Below are positions 1 through 12,759 of a stretch of DNA of 64,000 nt, in pieces. Source of the stretch: Azolla caroliniana (taxonomy: Eukaryota > Plantae > Polypodiophyta); assembly GCA_043228905.1 (NCBI GenBank), contig JBHGNT010000001.1, forward strand, positions 8,308,001 through 8,372,000, given 5' to 3'. The notes under the pieces were generated by a model that was given only the letters and a program-made list of their open reading frames with translations, did no database searches and was not told the DNA's origin. Every line of letters starts with the position of its first letter. The stretch's first letter is position 1. The position numbers and the translations under genes are program-made.

Positions 1-1340
1 TCAGTGGAACATGCATGATTGTTTCCAAGGTATACATGGCCATGGTTGCCTGCAGTAAAAGTAGAAAAACACTCCTAGATAGGAGTCACATGAAATGAAG
101 CACGAATGTCAACTATCCATGTTTGGGCCAATGAATCATTGATAGTCAGCAAAGCATCAATAAGATCATTCTTAATGATGCACATGTCTTGTGAACGAAC
201 ATTTAGAGAGGCGTCATATGCATAAGTATCATCAGCTGAAAAAAGTAGCACATAAAATATCCTCAACATCCGACAACTCCTCTATGACTACATTAGAAGC
301 CAAATTGGCCTTCTCTTTGTCCTTTTGGCTGTCTTGTGCATCAGTCTTGTCCTTTTTCTTATCTCCAGAATTCTTCTTTCTTTCAAGTTTTTCTTTGTAA
401 TAGCGGCAATTAGGTTTCTTGTGGCCTTTCTTGCCACACTGATGTCATTGCTTTTACCTTGGCTGCTCTTTCCCCTTTCCATGCTTTTACTTTTGTTCAT
501 ATGTGCATAGTTACTTCTTATAGCTGTCCTACTGCTAACCATGTTGGCTGAGCTGGCACCTTCCCCACTTGCTTTTCTCTTGATCTCTTCATTGAGTGTG
601 GAACCCCTAACACCATCAAAGGTCAAGTTGGGGTTACTAGATAATGAGACTACCAATGTCTCCCATGAGTTAGGCACTGTCCTAAGCAAGAAAATGTCTT
701 TGAGCTTGTCATCAAAAGGAGCCATTCCTTGCATTCTCTCCCTCCACAAGTTGAAACCTGTTCCCTCAAAATGTCGAATCTCAAAAAGATACTTCACATC
801 TGAGGAGGAAGACGCCATAGCTGCACAATGAAGAGGTCCAAACACCTTTTCTTTGTTGTACAGCACTTGCACAAAAGTAAGTTCAGAAACCCTAAATCTC
901 ATCTGATACCAGTTGGAAGGGTCAGAAATGATGTCAATAGGGCTGAGGAACACTCTAGAGTCAACCAACTATGGGCACTTTAGGTGCAACAATAGAGAGA
1001 TGGTTGAAAGATAGAGAGAGAGAGGCAGTTGGAGGAGCTCACCTTTGATGTGAGATCCAAAAGTTTTAAACTTATGTTTTATATGAGCCATTTAGGGTCG
1101 GCCAAGTTCACATTGAATTTGGCCCAAAAGTAACGAAAAATTGATAAGTGACTTTTGGCCTTTATAAATAGGCCTATTAAGGGGGTCATTTAGGGCCTTT
1201 ACCCCAACACTACGCTTATACAGATAGTATACAATGGAAATTGAAGATTTATTTAACCAATGACTCAGAAAATAGAAGTGTTTATGCATAACATGATTAA
1301 GCCATGTAGAAAACCTTGCATTTAGGGAACGGATCTGACA
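1..1340 (-). mobile_element. Degenerate Ty1/Copia LTR retrotransposon, 5' portion (LTR ~914-1340, PBS, internally deleted gag, protease start); continues beyond the window start
   Basis: tRNA-iMet-type PBS TGGTATCAGA on the minus strand at 902-911 next to a TG...CA-bounded segment; gag-like FEGTGFNLWRERMQG and LLRTVPNSWETLVVSL; protease-like WIVDIRASFHVTP (consensus WIxDSGAS-H-TP) near 90-130; stops and frameshifts. Confidence 0.75.
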
Positions 1341-1447
1341 TAGAATGCTCGATATATCAGTATGAACGATATTGATGAAGGCACAGGACTTGTGGGTATA
1401 TGTAGGGTTCCTTTTGGTTACTCACTGATAATTCTAAAGTTAGGGTG

Positions 1448-1560
1448 TCACTCTCCTTGTATGTGTGTAAAAAAATGCATACACAGCTTGATTCTGTGGA
1501 AGTCTCACTCTCCTTGTATTTGTGTGTAAGAAAATTCATGCACGACTTGATTCTGTGGAA
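1448..1560. repeat. Imperfect ~57-bp tandem duplication
   Basis: tcactctccttgta...ttgattctgtggaa occurs starting at 1448 and 1505. Confidence 0.7.
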
Positions 1561-4500
1561 TAATGGTAAAACAAAAACCCTGGGGTGTGGGATCAGTTGG
1601 TATACACATTACTATGTTAAATTCTCTCAACAAACTATGGGTTTGTATATGGTTTCACTGCTTTTCAAAATGATCAATTTTAATTATGGAGCTATAGAAT
1701 CAGGTTCATTCCAAATCACAAGCGGAAAACCTTCAAGCTGTAGGATAATACCATGAATAAGATGGACATGGAAGGAACAATAGGACATAAAAATATTAAA
1801 GAAATTAGAATGCAATAAACTAACTAGATGATGAATAAGATGTAAAATATCAGGAAACAACTTGCACCATGAATGAGGTGTAGATAGAAACAGAGGGTAG
1901 GCTCCTAGATGAGGTTGTTGATTACTAGCTCATTTCATGTGCGGATTACTTTTAATCACGCGAAACTTAACAAGACAGTGTGGAGCAGAGAAATTTACAG
2001 ATGGTTTCCATTGTCATTATTCATTGGATAGCCTTATGTCGAATGTTACTTACCCAAGGCATTAGCAAATTGAATAATGATCTTTAATTAAACCAAATTC
2101 ACTCATTGTCTCTATATATATCTATTAGCGAATTTTTGTGGGTCCTTTATAAATATTTATATTTAAATATGTAAATTGCATAAATAAATGGGAAAATAAA
2201 TACAGATATTTATGAACGAATATGCAATGATATACATTGCTTATGCTATCCATATAATTTACGTTTCAAGTGCATTTGCAATTGAAGTCTTTCCTATATT
2301 CTTAACATATTCATATTTGTATGCAGGTACAATGTAGCATATTTGCATGAATAGGTATGTCCCTGTGAAAATCCATATAATGAGCTTGAAAACAAGGGAA
2401 TCAACTTTGGAAATAGAAAACCAATAATGGACAATGATTTATGTTATGATGCTGTTGTCAGACCATAAAACTTATAAAGATGGAATGAGAGGTACTTTTG
2501 CTCATGTCCCTATCTCTATCATGAATATAAATAAGTGCTTTATCTATATGTACATAATACTCATGGCATACACATGATGGAGGTAGGGAGAGTTCTATTA
2601 ATGTCCAGAGGAGGCCAAACTCGACCTATGGGACTCATTGAGTACAATGTTTGTTTGCAGTCCACTTCGAGTATCTGCCATTGCTGTTAACATGGGGAAA
2701 AGAAAAGAAAAGAAAAAGCTCTTAACATACTAGAGGAAAAATGGATTTGAGTTGTAGATACATAGAATATGATGTCCTGGGAGACCAAATATCTACAGAA
2801 CTGAAAGAGGGGCATGGCAATCCATGGCATCATGTATATGAAGATGAGTGTTTCTTATTCCAAGAGAACTAGTAGTATACAATGAAAGTAGGGCTGAATA
2901 TACAGCATGCATCGATGTCCAGTGAAATAAATGTTCAGAGTGGCTGAATTGTGTTTCATGGCGAATCTGGATCTGTGCAGACATTATTCAATGGAAATAT
3001 GCTGAAGTATTTGCACATTCATGTGAATGATATATGTTGCATGATGTATCTCCCCATTTATCTTGCTGGAGGGGATGAGCACATTCTTATATACATTCTT
3101 ATATTTTGGCGATAGTAGAGTTGTTTGCTTTTCTGGTTCTTTCTCTTGTTTTTAATGCCTCTGATGGTGGCGTTTTTCCATAGATATAGCAGAGTTTCTA
3201 CTGCATTTACCATTCCACTCTTTCTTTTGAACCTCCCCGATGGCCCACTCTACATTGTAAGAGAGCTAGGATTGCATGTCTTTAAAAACCATTTTGTAAT
3301 GGCTTTTCATTCCTTTGTAGACAGAGAGCAGAGACCAGCTGTTTTGCTACTGATTTCTTTGTTTTTGTTTATTAGGTGTTGTGTGACCTAGTGCTTTAGA
3401 GCGTTATGATGTGAAATCAAGATGAAAATACACTCACGGTCTGGAGAACATGACTGAAAAGACTGCCTGTCATATGCGTTAGTATCATTCTGGAATTGCC
3501 ATTTTTTTGAGAGTATGGCGTTGGGATGGTTCATTATCCTGGAGTAATAGAATCTGCCTCTTTTAGCAAAACCAAGTTACTGTTTTAGAAATGGGTCATT
3601 TTCTTGGTATGCTATATAGACCACTTTGCCAAAAGGTTTCTTGTAATCGCTAGTGTAAATTCCGGTATCACTAGTTCAGTCCATTCTCTTAACTTAGGCC
3701 ACGAATGAGCCAAAAGGTCCACTTCAGTATGGAAAGATCTTAATCTGGATATATTGTCCTTGATTACTATATTCTTCTATATTTATTCAGGTTGTCGAAA
3801 CACTGTGCACAGTATGAGCGATCTAATAAATTGCACACCTATAATAATTTAATAAATATCTAGCTGTACTCTAGGTATTTGTTGTAATCTAAACAACCTT
3901 GTTATTTGAAGGGCACCAAAAACTACACCAACATTGTAATCCTACCGAATGATGAGGTTTAAATGTGTTCTGTTAAACACCCTTTACATAGATTGTTTGT
4001 TGACTGCATTTGAAATGATTGCTATACTCCTCATGTTCTAAGTTAATATGGATGTTAATTTGGAAAAAGGTTTGTGGATGTTAATGTGCTTATTAAGCAA
4101 TCTATTAATAATGGGAAGTTCAAGACATTTTTTACAAGCCATGATTGCAATTGGTCCTCTATTCATCAATGTTTTACATATTCATGTTTGCAATTAGAAT
4201 GTTTTACCTTGAACATGGAGTACCACAACGTAAACATAGAATAAATGGTCCTATGTGTTAGATAAAAGGTAGTCAGTGGTCACCTTTATATCTTAGGGTA
4301 TAAGCTCAATGTATTGGAATGGGGTTGATAAGAGGTTTTTGTATTGCCATGCACCAACTTGAGCAATTGGTATATCATCTCTGTATACATTGGTATCTGA
4401 ACGTACACCATAATGCACAGTTTACTCATTGAAAAGACACTACATATATGAGCCAAAGGGTAAACAGTTGTATGCCAGCCACGTTATCAGACAAAGCAAT

Positions 4501-5237
4501 ACTAATCCTATGATTTTCATTTAGCATCATTATTCATAACACAAACCATACAACAAACTCTGGATCGTGCATCATATCAATCAATGATAAGGCAAATTTG
4601 GGGACATGCCACTGCCAGCATTTTGGGGATTGGATCATATGAATAATCTGGGCTCACATCTAACAAGGAAAGACCATTCTTTTCCATCAAATGTTATAGT
4701 CTAGAAATCTATTATAATTGTGTAAGCAATGAAATGAACCCAAACCATTGGTGCCACAAGACGCTTCTAACTAAACATATCAGGAACAAAAGCAGATGCA
4801 AAAACAAAGAGAAGCGAGCAAAGATCGTGGTTTGGTTTCCAGTAATTATGAACTTGAATGTTGTGCACCGAATGAACAACGAAGCAAGAATTATACCCAT
4901 TCACTGTTTCTGACTGATTTGACACACACAAAAATGGGCAGACGCCTATACGCGTATATGATGTATAGTGGGTGAAATTGCCGATATACATATCAAGCAA
5001 TCCACAAACACACAGGTGCACCTCATTGGTATATAAATCTTCCCATTCATGGAAGATCTCCATGGTTGCATAACCTGATCTGAGGGTGGATTGTGAGACA
5101 ATTAGATCATCATCCGAACCAAGAGATCTTCCATTGCGAATTGAGATGGAGGGGCTCGTTAGGATGCAATCCTCCTCATGATGTTCGCCAGTAGTTCTGG
5201 AAAACGATGATGAACTGTGTTTGCTGTCGGAAATCTC

Positions 5238-6011
5238 TCACCTGTAGTTATGTCCATGTAGAGGATGGCGTGCCAGTGGAATGAGCTCGGAGAGAGGGGT
5301 AGAGACAGGGGTGGGCATGGGGGAGGTGGACCTGCACATGGGGCACGACGCGTGCAGCCGCAGCCACGCATCGACGCAGGTGGCATGGAAGCTATGGCGG
5401 CAGTCCGGAAGCATCCGGAGAACCTCGCCATCGCAGTACTCCGCAAGGCAGATGGAGCACAGGGTATCGTCGTCACCGCCAGTCGAGTAGAGCTTCCCTG
5501 GCTGAAGAGCATAACAGAACTTGGGATAGGTCTCGAGCGTGGCATCGTCCAGGCCGGATCCGAGGCTCCAATCATGAATTCCTGCAGCCAATCCTCCTCC
5601 ACCACTTCCAAATGCTGAGCCCTGCGCCATAGCCATAGCCATAGCCGTAGCCTGATCTTGTACTGCATCCGTCGCGCCGCCGCCGTCGTCCCTAATCCTG
5701 CCGCCGCTACTCTCCACAACCACCACCGCATCTAAAGCTGCAGCCGTCGCCGTTGAGTCCACTGCTCTCAGTACTCTTCCTCTTCCTCTTCCTCTCCCTG
5801 CACCCCCCTCTGTGGCTGAAGACGTTGGTGCTGCTCTTCCATGTACTCTCACGCAAACATAAGAAGCCAGCATGACGGTGGAAACCAGCACCAAGATGCC
5901 CACGGCTACAGCGATTCCATAGCCCAGCCCAGCAGTGCTCATCTTCTCCACCTCCATTAATGGAGATGCTGCTGCTGTTGCGGCGACAACCCCACTACCG
6001 CCACCGCTCAT
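5238..6011 (-). CDS. ATL: RING-H2 finger E3 ubiquitin ligase, ATL family (ATL67-71-like), intronless, 257 aa
   Basis: N-terminal TM helix [29 protein letters not shown] motif ([13 protein letters not shown]), RING-H2 CSIC...[28 protein letters not shown]-terminal [13 protein letters not shown]. Confidence 0.95.
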   Translation of the reverse strand: MSGGGSGVVAATAAASPLMEVEKMSTAGLGYGIAVAVGILVLVSTVMLASYVCVRVHGRAAPTSSATEGGAGRGRGRGRVLRAVDSTATAAALDAVVVVESSGGRIRDDGGGATDAVQDQATAMAMAMAQGSAFGSGGGGLAAGIHDWSLGSGLDDATLETYPKFCYALQPGKLYSTGGDDDTLCSICLAEYCDGEVLRMLPDCRHSFHATCVDAWLRLHASCPMCRSTSPMPTPVSTPLSELIPLARHPLHGHNYR

Positions 6012-6228
6012 CAGGCCGTCTTGACCTAACCCTAAAGTAGGATTAAATCAAGAGAGCAGCATAATGTGAACAATTGGCTGGATTTGTTGGATGGAGCTGA
6101 AAGAAGACGGAATGGAATGGCAGCCCGACTGGTGTTAAGATTGAAAGGGGGGGGGGAAGGTTAGGTTGTGTATGATGGATGGGCCTACAGTAAATTAACT
6201 GAACTACGTATGCATACCAAAAAAAAAC

Positions 6229-6376
6229 ACAGAGAGAGAGAGAGAGAGAGAGATTGTGTGTGTGTGTGTTTAATCAAATCAGTATTAAGTCCAAGCGTGT
6301 GTGCTATTAATGCAGACAGTCACCCCTCACTCATTCATTCCATAAAGACAGACAGGACACAGACAAACAGACAGGC

Positions 6377-6411
<35 letters not shown>

Positions 6412-6552
6412 GCCAGGCTAGGCTATGGAGGAGGGAGGGAGCTTTAAAAGGAGGGGCCAGACAGACAAATGGCTAATATGCATTGAATGGTTAATTATGC
6501 AGTCCAGTGGCCTCCTCCCATTCTCTCTCTCTCTCTCCTCTCTCTCTCTCTT
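6229..6552. repeat. (GA)n, (TG)n and (CT)n microsatellites upstream of the ATL gene
   Basis: Visible runs near 6229-6268, 6381-6408 and 6523-6550. Confidence 0.9.
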
Positions 6553-6971
6553 CATCTCTGCATTCATTGAATGGCTAATTATGCAGTTATTGAATGGTGT
6601 GGATATACATACATACATAATACATACAGAGATGATAGAACGCAAACAAACAGTGGAAGAAGAAGAAAGACATGTTTCATTTGAGTTTTGAGACACCAAC
6701 CATTCATCCACAGCTAGTGAGTTAGGCATGTATATATGTATTTTATATGTTGTACATATGTACATAGTTAGTTCCTTACTTTGTCCATGATGCATGGGCC
6801 ATCCCCATTACTCCATATTTTGGAGTGAGGCCTTGTCAGTAGTAAGGAAAGAGACCCATGTTGAGCTCGTTAAATGCAATAAGAAAGACACCCTAGGCAC
6901 GACACGTCTTGTCTAATTACAAGAATATATATGGATCACTCTGACGCCCCCCCTCCGCTCACAATTTCAAT

Positions 6972-7059
6972 TGGGATAGGAAGAGGTCTTAGTTTCAAGT
7001 GTGATCAACAAGGATATGGGATAGGAAGAGGTCTTAGTTTCAAGTGTGATCAACAAGGA
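6972..7059. repeat. Exact 45-bp-period tandem duplication
   Basis: tgggataggaagaggtcttagtttcaagtgtgatcaacaagga starts at 6972 and 7017. Confidence 0.9.
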
Positions 7060-7916
7060 GAGAAAGGAATTGACTAGAAAGAAGTCCATAATAGTTGAAA
7101 TGTCGACTTCATTGCTAGAATTTGAGAGTACATTACAAGTACTCACGAAAAGCATCATTGAATTGATGAGAGTGGAGGGTTTTTAAAAACAGTTTTATAG
7201 TGAAACAAAACCAGTACCATGCTCATCATGTTAACACTCCAAACTTTTAGATGATTCCTTAATGAATTCCATTTTCAAAACCCGTTCCCAAATCAACATT
7301 TTTATTGGGCCACTACCCGTCTCAAACGCATTCAAGCTTTGACATGCATCTTGCTAAGACAAATAGTGCGCACTATCAATGTCAAAGAGGTGATGAAGCA
7401 CAACAAATCTTCTTAGTGAAAGTCAAGATGATCCAAGCAAAACAAAGTGGGATTGTGATTGAGATGCTAAAACATAGAAAACTATGCATCATCTTCATCG
7501 TAGGGATTGATATAACTTGCCACCTATGATGATGATTCATGTGTCTTAGCTTCTTGGTGGATGTGAAGCGCTTATATTATGTAGGATTTACACATGATAT
7601 TATCTCTATGAGATTCTTTGCCCTTTTCGGTGTAATCGTAGATGTTGTGGGATTATACAAAAGGATCTCACGAAGGCAGTTAATGCATCGGTGTTTGCTT
7701 CCTTTTAGTGTACTCCGAGATGTCAACTTCAAGAGTTGGACATGGGCATGAATCATCCGAGGTTCCTCCCAAGGAAGGAACATGGGTCTAGTTAATGAAA
7801 CGTGTATTCGTGTTTGCATTATTCGTTCAGCCCGAATGCAGGGTGAAATAGAACGTGCATTTGTGGTTGCTGTCCCGTTCCTTCGTTGAAACCGTCATCG
7901 CCTTGTCGAGGGAGAC

Positions 7917-8296
7917 CCAAAGGAAAGAAGTCTTGGACGGACATGAAAAAGCAGGGGAGGGTGTCACATCTTTGAATGGAATGAATGAATATGTATGTGC
8001 CTATCCAAAGGAAAGATGTCTGAACCAGACATGAAAAAACAGGGGAGGGAGTAACATCTTGAATGGAATGGAATGAATGTACATATGTATATATGTGTCT
8101 ATCCACAGAAAGAAGGTTGAAGCGGAGATGAAAAAACAGGGGAGGGAGTCACATCTTGAATGGAATGGAATGGAATGAATATGTATGTATGTATGTGCCT
8201 ATCCACAGGAAAGAAAGCTGAAGCAAACATGAAAAAACAGGGGAGGGAGTAACATCTTGAATGGAATGGAATGAATGAATATGTATGTGCCTATCT
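7917..8296. repeat. Minisatellite, four copies of a ~90-100-bp unit directly upstream of the PPR gene
   Basis: Unit ...atgaaaaaacaggggaggg(a/t)gt(a/c)acatcttgaatgga...tatgtgcctatcc repeated four times with variable (GAATG)n and (TATG)n. Confidence 0.9.
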
Positions 8297-8508
8297 ATCT
8301 ATGCCTTGCAAATCGCTCCAGAAGGTAAGGCAACCCTCTGTTTCCCTCACTACAATCCTCTCTTTCACCACACCCTGCAACAGAACATGCCCCAATCGTT
8401 GTCATCATGGTCATGACTCATAGCTACAAAATAAAACATGGGCACCAATTTGGCATGAAGTTGTAGAAGAAGACCCCCTCCACCCACCGAAGTCTGATCC
8501 ACGTCTTC

Positions 8509-10491
8509 ATGCTTTGTTCGTTAGGTACTTGCAACAGCAAAGAACTGCAAGTAGTGAAAGGTGACTCCCCTGCAGCTCTTGTTGCTCTTCTCAAGGCTTC
8601 CTCCAAGCAGAGAGATCTGTCTGCTTCAAGCAGACTACATGCATATATTGTAAGGGCCCGCTTGCTGGGGAACATTCATGTGGGCAGCGCTCTCATTAAT
8701 GCTTATGCCAGGTGTGGTGCACTCAGGAAAGCTGAACAAGTACTTAGCAATCTTCCTGAACGCACCCTCGTCGCCTGGACTGCTCTCATTGCCGGATATG
8801 CTCGATATGGTCCGTACAGAAGAGCACTGGATTGTGTTGAAGCGATGGAGCATATGGATGGATTCTCACCAGATTCGGTCACACTTGTTTGTGTCTTGAA
8901 GGCCTGTGGCAGCTTGAGAGACTTGGTGAGGGGCCAAATTTTTCATGCTGACATTATCAGGGATGGAACTTTTGGGGGTCACATCTTTGTTAGCAATGCC
9001 TTGGTGGATATGTATGCCAAATGTGGTGCACTGGGAAATGCACGAGAAGTCTTTGATGAATTACGTCTCCGAGATCTAAGTTCTTGGAATGTAATGATCG
9101 GTGCATATTCTCAATATGACCATGCTTATGATAGTGGTGATGATGAAGCAGCACTGAATTGTTTTTACAGAATGCAATCAGAGGGGTTTGCTGCAGATTT
9201 AATCACCTTTGTTGGCATTCTAAAAGCATGTGGCAGCTCAAGAAGGATACAACAGGGTCAAGAAATACATGCTAGGTTTGTTGCGGATATGTTGATGGAG
9301 AAACACATTTCTGCTGGCAATGCCTTGATGGATATGTATGCCAAATGTGGCATGATTTCAGAAGCGCAGAGGATCTTTGATGATCTTCCTGTTCGAGACT
9401 TGATCTCATGGAATGTGCTAATTGGAGCGTATGTCCAACAAGGATATGGTAAAGAAGCTATACGTATTTTTGAACAAATGCAATGGGAGGGCTACACTCC
9501 AGATGCTATCACATTTATTAGCGCATTAAAAGCTTGTGGAATAGTAGGAGCAGTTGATAAGGGTCAGGAAATACAGGCTGAGATTCTGAAGGGAGGGTGG
9601 ATAAATAAGCATGCTTTGGTTGGCAATGCTTTAGTCGACATGTTTTCCAAGAGTGGCGCAATTCAAAAAGCTCAAGAAGTGTTCAACGAACTTCCATATC
9701 GAAATGTGGCCTCATGGAACACCCTTATTTCTGGATATTTGCAGCATGATCATGCTGAAACAGCATTTCGCTGTTTTGAAGACATGAGATCTGCTGGTTT
9801 TTCTCCTGATATTGTTACATTTGTGTGCATTTTGAAAGTCTGTGCGAAAGTAGGAACCATGGAGAAAGGCCAATGGGTACATGCTGAGATTGTATCAGAA
9901 GGATTGTTTCCACACATTTTAGTTGGACGTGAACTCGTAGATATGTATGCGAAATGTGGTGCAATTACAGAGGCGCAAGAAGTGTTTGATGAGCTTGCAC
10001 TTCAGGATGTTGTCTCCTGGAATTCCCTACTTGCGGGATATGCACAACTGGGCAAAGACGGCAGTGTATTTGAGTTATTCAATAAAATGACTATGCATGG
10101 TGTTGAGCCAGATTTCATCACATTCCTTATTGTGCTTTATGCATGCAACCACTTAGGTTTACTTCTAACTGGCCAAGTATACTTTAACACCATGAGCAAA
10201 GATTATGGGATCATCCCAACTTTACAGCACTTTAATTGTATGATCGATCTTTTTGCTCGTGCTGGTCATTTCGATAGGGTGATGGTAATCATTGAGGAGA
10301 TGCCTTTTTCTGCCAATCTGATTGTATGGCATGCTGTTTTGAGTGGTTGTCAAAGAAGGGACAATGAAAAACTTGGAAGGTTGGCCTTTGAACATGCATT
10401 GCAAATAGATGGAATGGATCATGCAGCTTACCTCATCTTGAGTAATATATATATGCAGCAAGTTGTGTGTGCAAGAGGATGCAGAAAATAG
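8509..10491 (+). CDS. PLS-class pentatricopeptide repeat protein, ~17 PPR motifs + E1 + partial E2, no DYW; probable organellar RNA-editing specificity factor
   Basis: Repeated L-S-P triplets (NALVDMYAKCG, SWNxLIxxY, TFxxxLKAC), terminal P2-L2-S2 (HFNCMIDLFARAG), E1 (VWHAVLSGC), AAYLILSNIY; single 660-aa ORF; true start uncertain. Confidence 0.93.
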   Translation: MLCSLGTCNSKELQVVKGDSPAALVALLKASSKQRDLSASSRLHAYIVRARLLGNIHVGSALINAYARCGALRKAEQVLSNLPERTLVAWTALIAGYARYGPYRRALDCVEAMEHMDGFSPDSVTLVCVLKACGSLRDLVRGQIFHADIIRDGTFGGHIFVSNALVDMYAKCGALGNAREVFDELRLRDLSSWNVMIGAYSQYDHAYDSGDDEAALNCFYRMQSEGFAADLITFVGILKACGSSRRIQQGQEIHARFVADMLMEKHISAGNALMDMYAKCGMISEAQRIFDDLPVRDLISWNVLIGAYVQQGYGKEAIRIFEQMQWEGYTPDAITFISALKACGIVGAVDKGQEIQAEILKGGWINKHALVGNALVDMFSKSGAIQKAQEVFNELPYRNVASWNTLISGYLQHDHAETAFRCFEDMRSAGFSPDIVTFVCILKVCAKVGTMEKGQWVHAEIVSEGLFPHILVGRELVDMYAKCGAITEAQEVFDELALQDVVSWNSLLAGYAQLGKDGSVFELFNKMTMHGVEPDFITFLIVLYACNHLGLLLTGQVYFNTMSKDYGIIPTLQHFNCMIDLFARAGHFDRVMVIIEEMPFSANLIVWHAVLSGCQRRDNEKLGRLAFEHALQIDGMDHAAYLILSNIYMQQVVCARGCRK

Positions 10492-10744
10492 TAATAATGC
10501 TAATGATCAGAAGGAAGGAGGGCAAAAAGAATCCAAGACAGGCATTTATTTATTACTCGTGGAAGGCTGCAATGTTGCTCGATATAGGCCTGATACTGTA
10601 GAGGATGCGTCCTGATAACATTTCAGATATGCAGGTTACATGATGAATGAGCAAGTAAGTCTGAATCCAAATTATTTCGTGAGTATCACGTATGTTGATC
10701 ATTTGCTACATCAGCTGTGCGGAACAACATATGACCTTGAAATA

Positions 10745-11050
10745 TTTGGAACATAAAATCACTCATATTATCTGTGAACACTTGACTTTGGTGAGATGGA
10801 ACATCATCAACTACCAAATAGTTAATCCACCATCTGTAGCAAATACGAATTGACCAATGATCCAAACAAAACTTGGAGGCACCATAATAATGTTGAGACA
10901 TGTTGGTCACATGACATACCAATTATTTATTGAGGCTCACATATGTTGGTCATTTGGAACATAAAATGCGTTATGTTATAATCCAACACCCAAATAGCTA
11001 ACCCACCATCTTCAGTAAATCAAAGTAGTCCAATGATCCAAACAAAACTG
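10745..11050. repeat. Degenerate tandem duplication of ~180-210 bp downstream of the PPR gene
   Basis: Anchors tttggaacataaaat, ccaccatct and ccaatgatccaaacaaaact each occur twice in the same order. Confidence 0.55.
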
Positions 11051-12403
11051 GTAGCTACATGAAGTCATGATGCTAAAAATAAAATTCGTAGCTAAAGACT
11101 GATACCACTGATGGTTTTGGACGCAGTACAAAAGGATTTTTTAAGACATCGACAAAGGGAACCATATAATTTCCCTGACATGAAAACTGGAACAACAAAG
11201 CCATTAAACCATATAACTATGCTGTTATCTAATGCATACAAAGTAATTCTCTATATTGACACAATATTCGAGATTTAACACAAGGGTGTTGGGCTAACAT
11301 AATTATTTAATTGAAGGTTGTCATCACAATACATACCACAAATATTAACAGAAATGTCATAAATACAATGTCATCAGAACCCTGTTTTTGTTCATCAACT
11401 TGCCGCCCAAAATGCAAATTCAAAATACACAGATAATGGGGAATTCTAGAACGTTGTTCTTTCCATTTTAAATAAGTGAAAAAGGAGAAATATCAACCAG
11501 GGATATCTGACAATGTTTAAAAAAATTGCAAAGGATATAACCAATATCACCCATCATACGAGGGGTATATATTGGATCTTTCTTCTTGTTTCCATCAATA
11601 AAACTGAAATTAAAAAATATGACATTATGGTCAATTAATGTAAAAATCATGAAGGCACAATCTTGGGTTTCTTTCATATTTTTAATATACTACTATCATA
11701 TACACCAGTAACAATAATTTTTCTATTTCCAAAGTTTACATAAAAGAGCTTGATGATTTGATACAACGGCTTCTTTACTATCCATTTTCAATATTCATTC
11801 TAAAATGCTGATTAAATGAAGAAACAATGGATACAATGAAGGGGTATAATAAACTTATATTGGATCGAAACTAAACATGACCCGAGCATTGGTTTTCTGG
11901 CATTGAAAACTATACATGACCCAACCATTTGTTTTCTGGCATTTTGATATTTATTCTTTGGGATATTAGTTTCAGGCATGATTAATCAGAGAGGCAATGC
12001 TCACACATGTATGACCCTTGTCACACCTTTTCTCATAGCCATAGCATGTTATATTACGCCTAAATGTGAGGTGGAACTGACCAAAGAATGTTTCTATATT
12101 GTACCAGAAACATTTGAAAAATAGGTTTGATTGATGCTTCTCTATTATGTTTGCAGGAATAGCAACCATATAAAGATCTGATGAGTGAAAATCTGAAAGT
12201 CTGAAATGTGTCAAAAGTAGACTGACTGACAAGTACAGTCATAAGAATCAGGCTGCTTGGCAATTACAATGGTTTTTGGCACTGTTATGATACAACCCTG
12301 TTTTTCAAAAAGAAAAAAAACAGGTTCACATGCACAAGTCACACATACTTTTAAAATGATCAGAACTAAGGTAGTTCAAAGAATGATATATCTATAATAC
12401 ACA

Positions 12404-12566
12404 TTAGGTTGATGATGGGGCTGTGTGCAGATCAAGAAAGCATGACAAAGTTATCTTTCCAGAATTATCTGTGTCCAGTCGGCTGAATTGTTGACATACT
12501 TCTCTTATGTCTTTGTCCTCAATTTTACCCATCTGTTTTAATTTGTACACCACAAAGTCTGATTTG
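12404..12566 (-). CDS. TPK: TPK channel exon 2 (EF-hand C-terminus), missed by the ORF track
   Basis: Acceptor gcag|C at 12567/12566; reads (S)KSDFVVYKLKQMGKIEDKDIREVCQQFSRLDTDNSGKITLSCFLDLHTAPSST* ending in TAA at 12406-12404; phase matches the exon 1 donor. Confidence 0.93.
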
Positions 12567-12759
12567 CTGCATAAACCAAAGTTTGTTTATTTAGTTTCCA
12601 AATTACTGCTTTCTTTTATTATGGCTTTCTTTGGCACAGTGCACACTATCACACGCTTCACACAAACTGTTCACATACTTTCTTATAGTTTGTTCAGGCA
12701 AAGATTTATTAGCAATTTTTGAGAAAACTACAGTGAATGTATTTAACAAGAGTTGGGCA

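Noticed and set aside
1750-5150. Short ORFs in AT-rich intergenic DNA
   Set aside because: No homology, splice pattern or repeat boundary that I can support
5159-5731. Alternative-frame and antisense ORFs over the ATL gene
   Set aside because: GC-rich shadow ORFs with no recognisable motif
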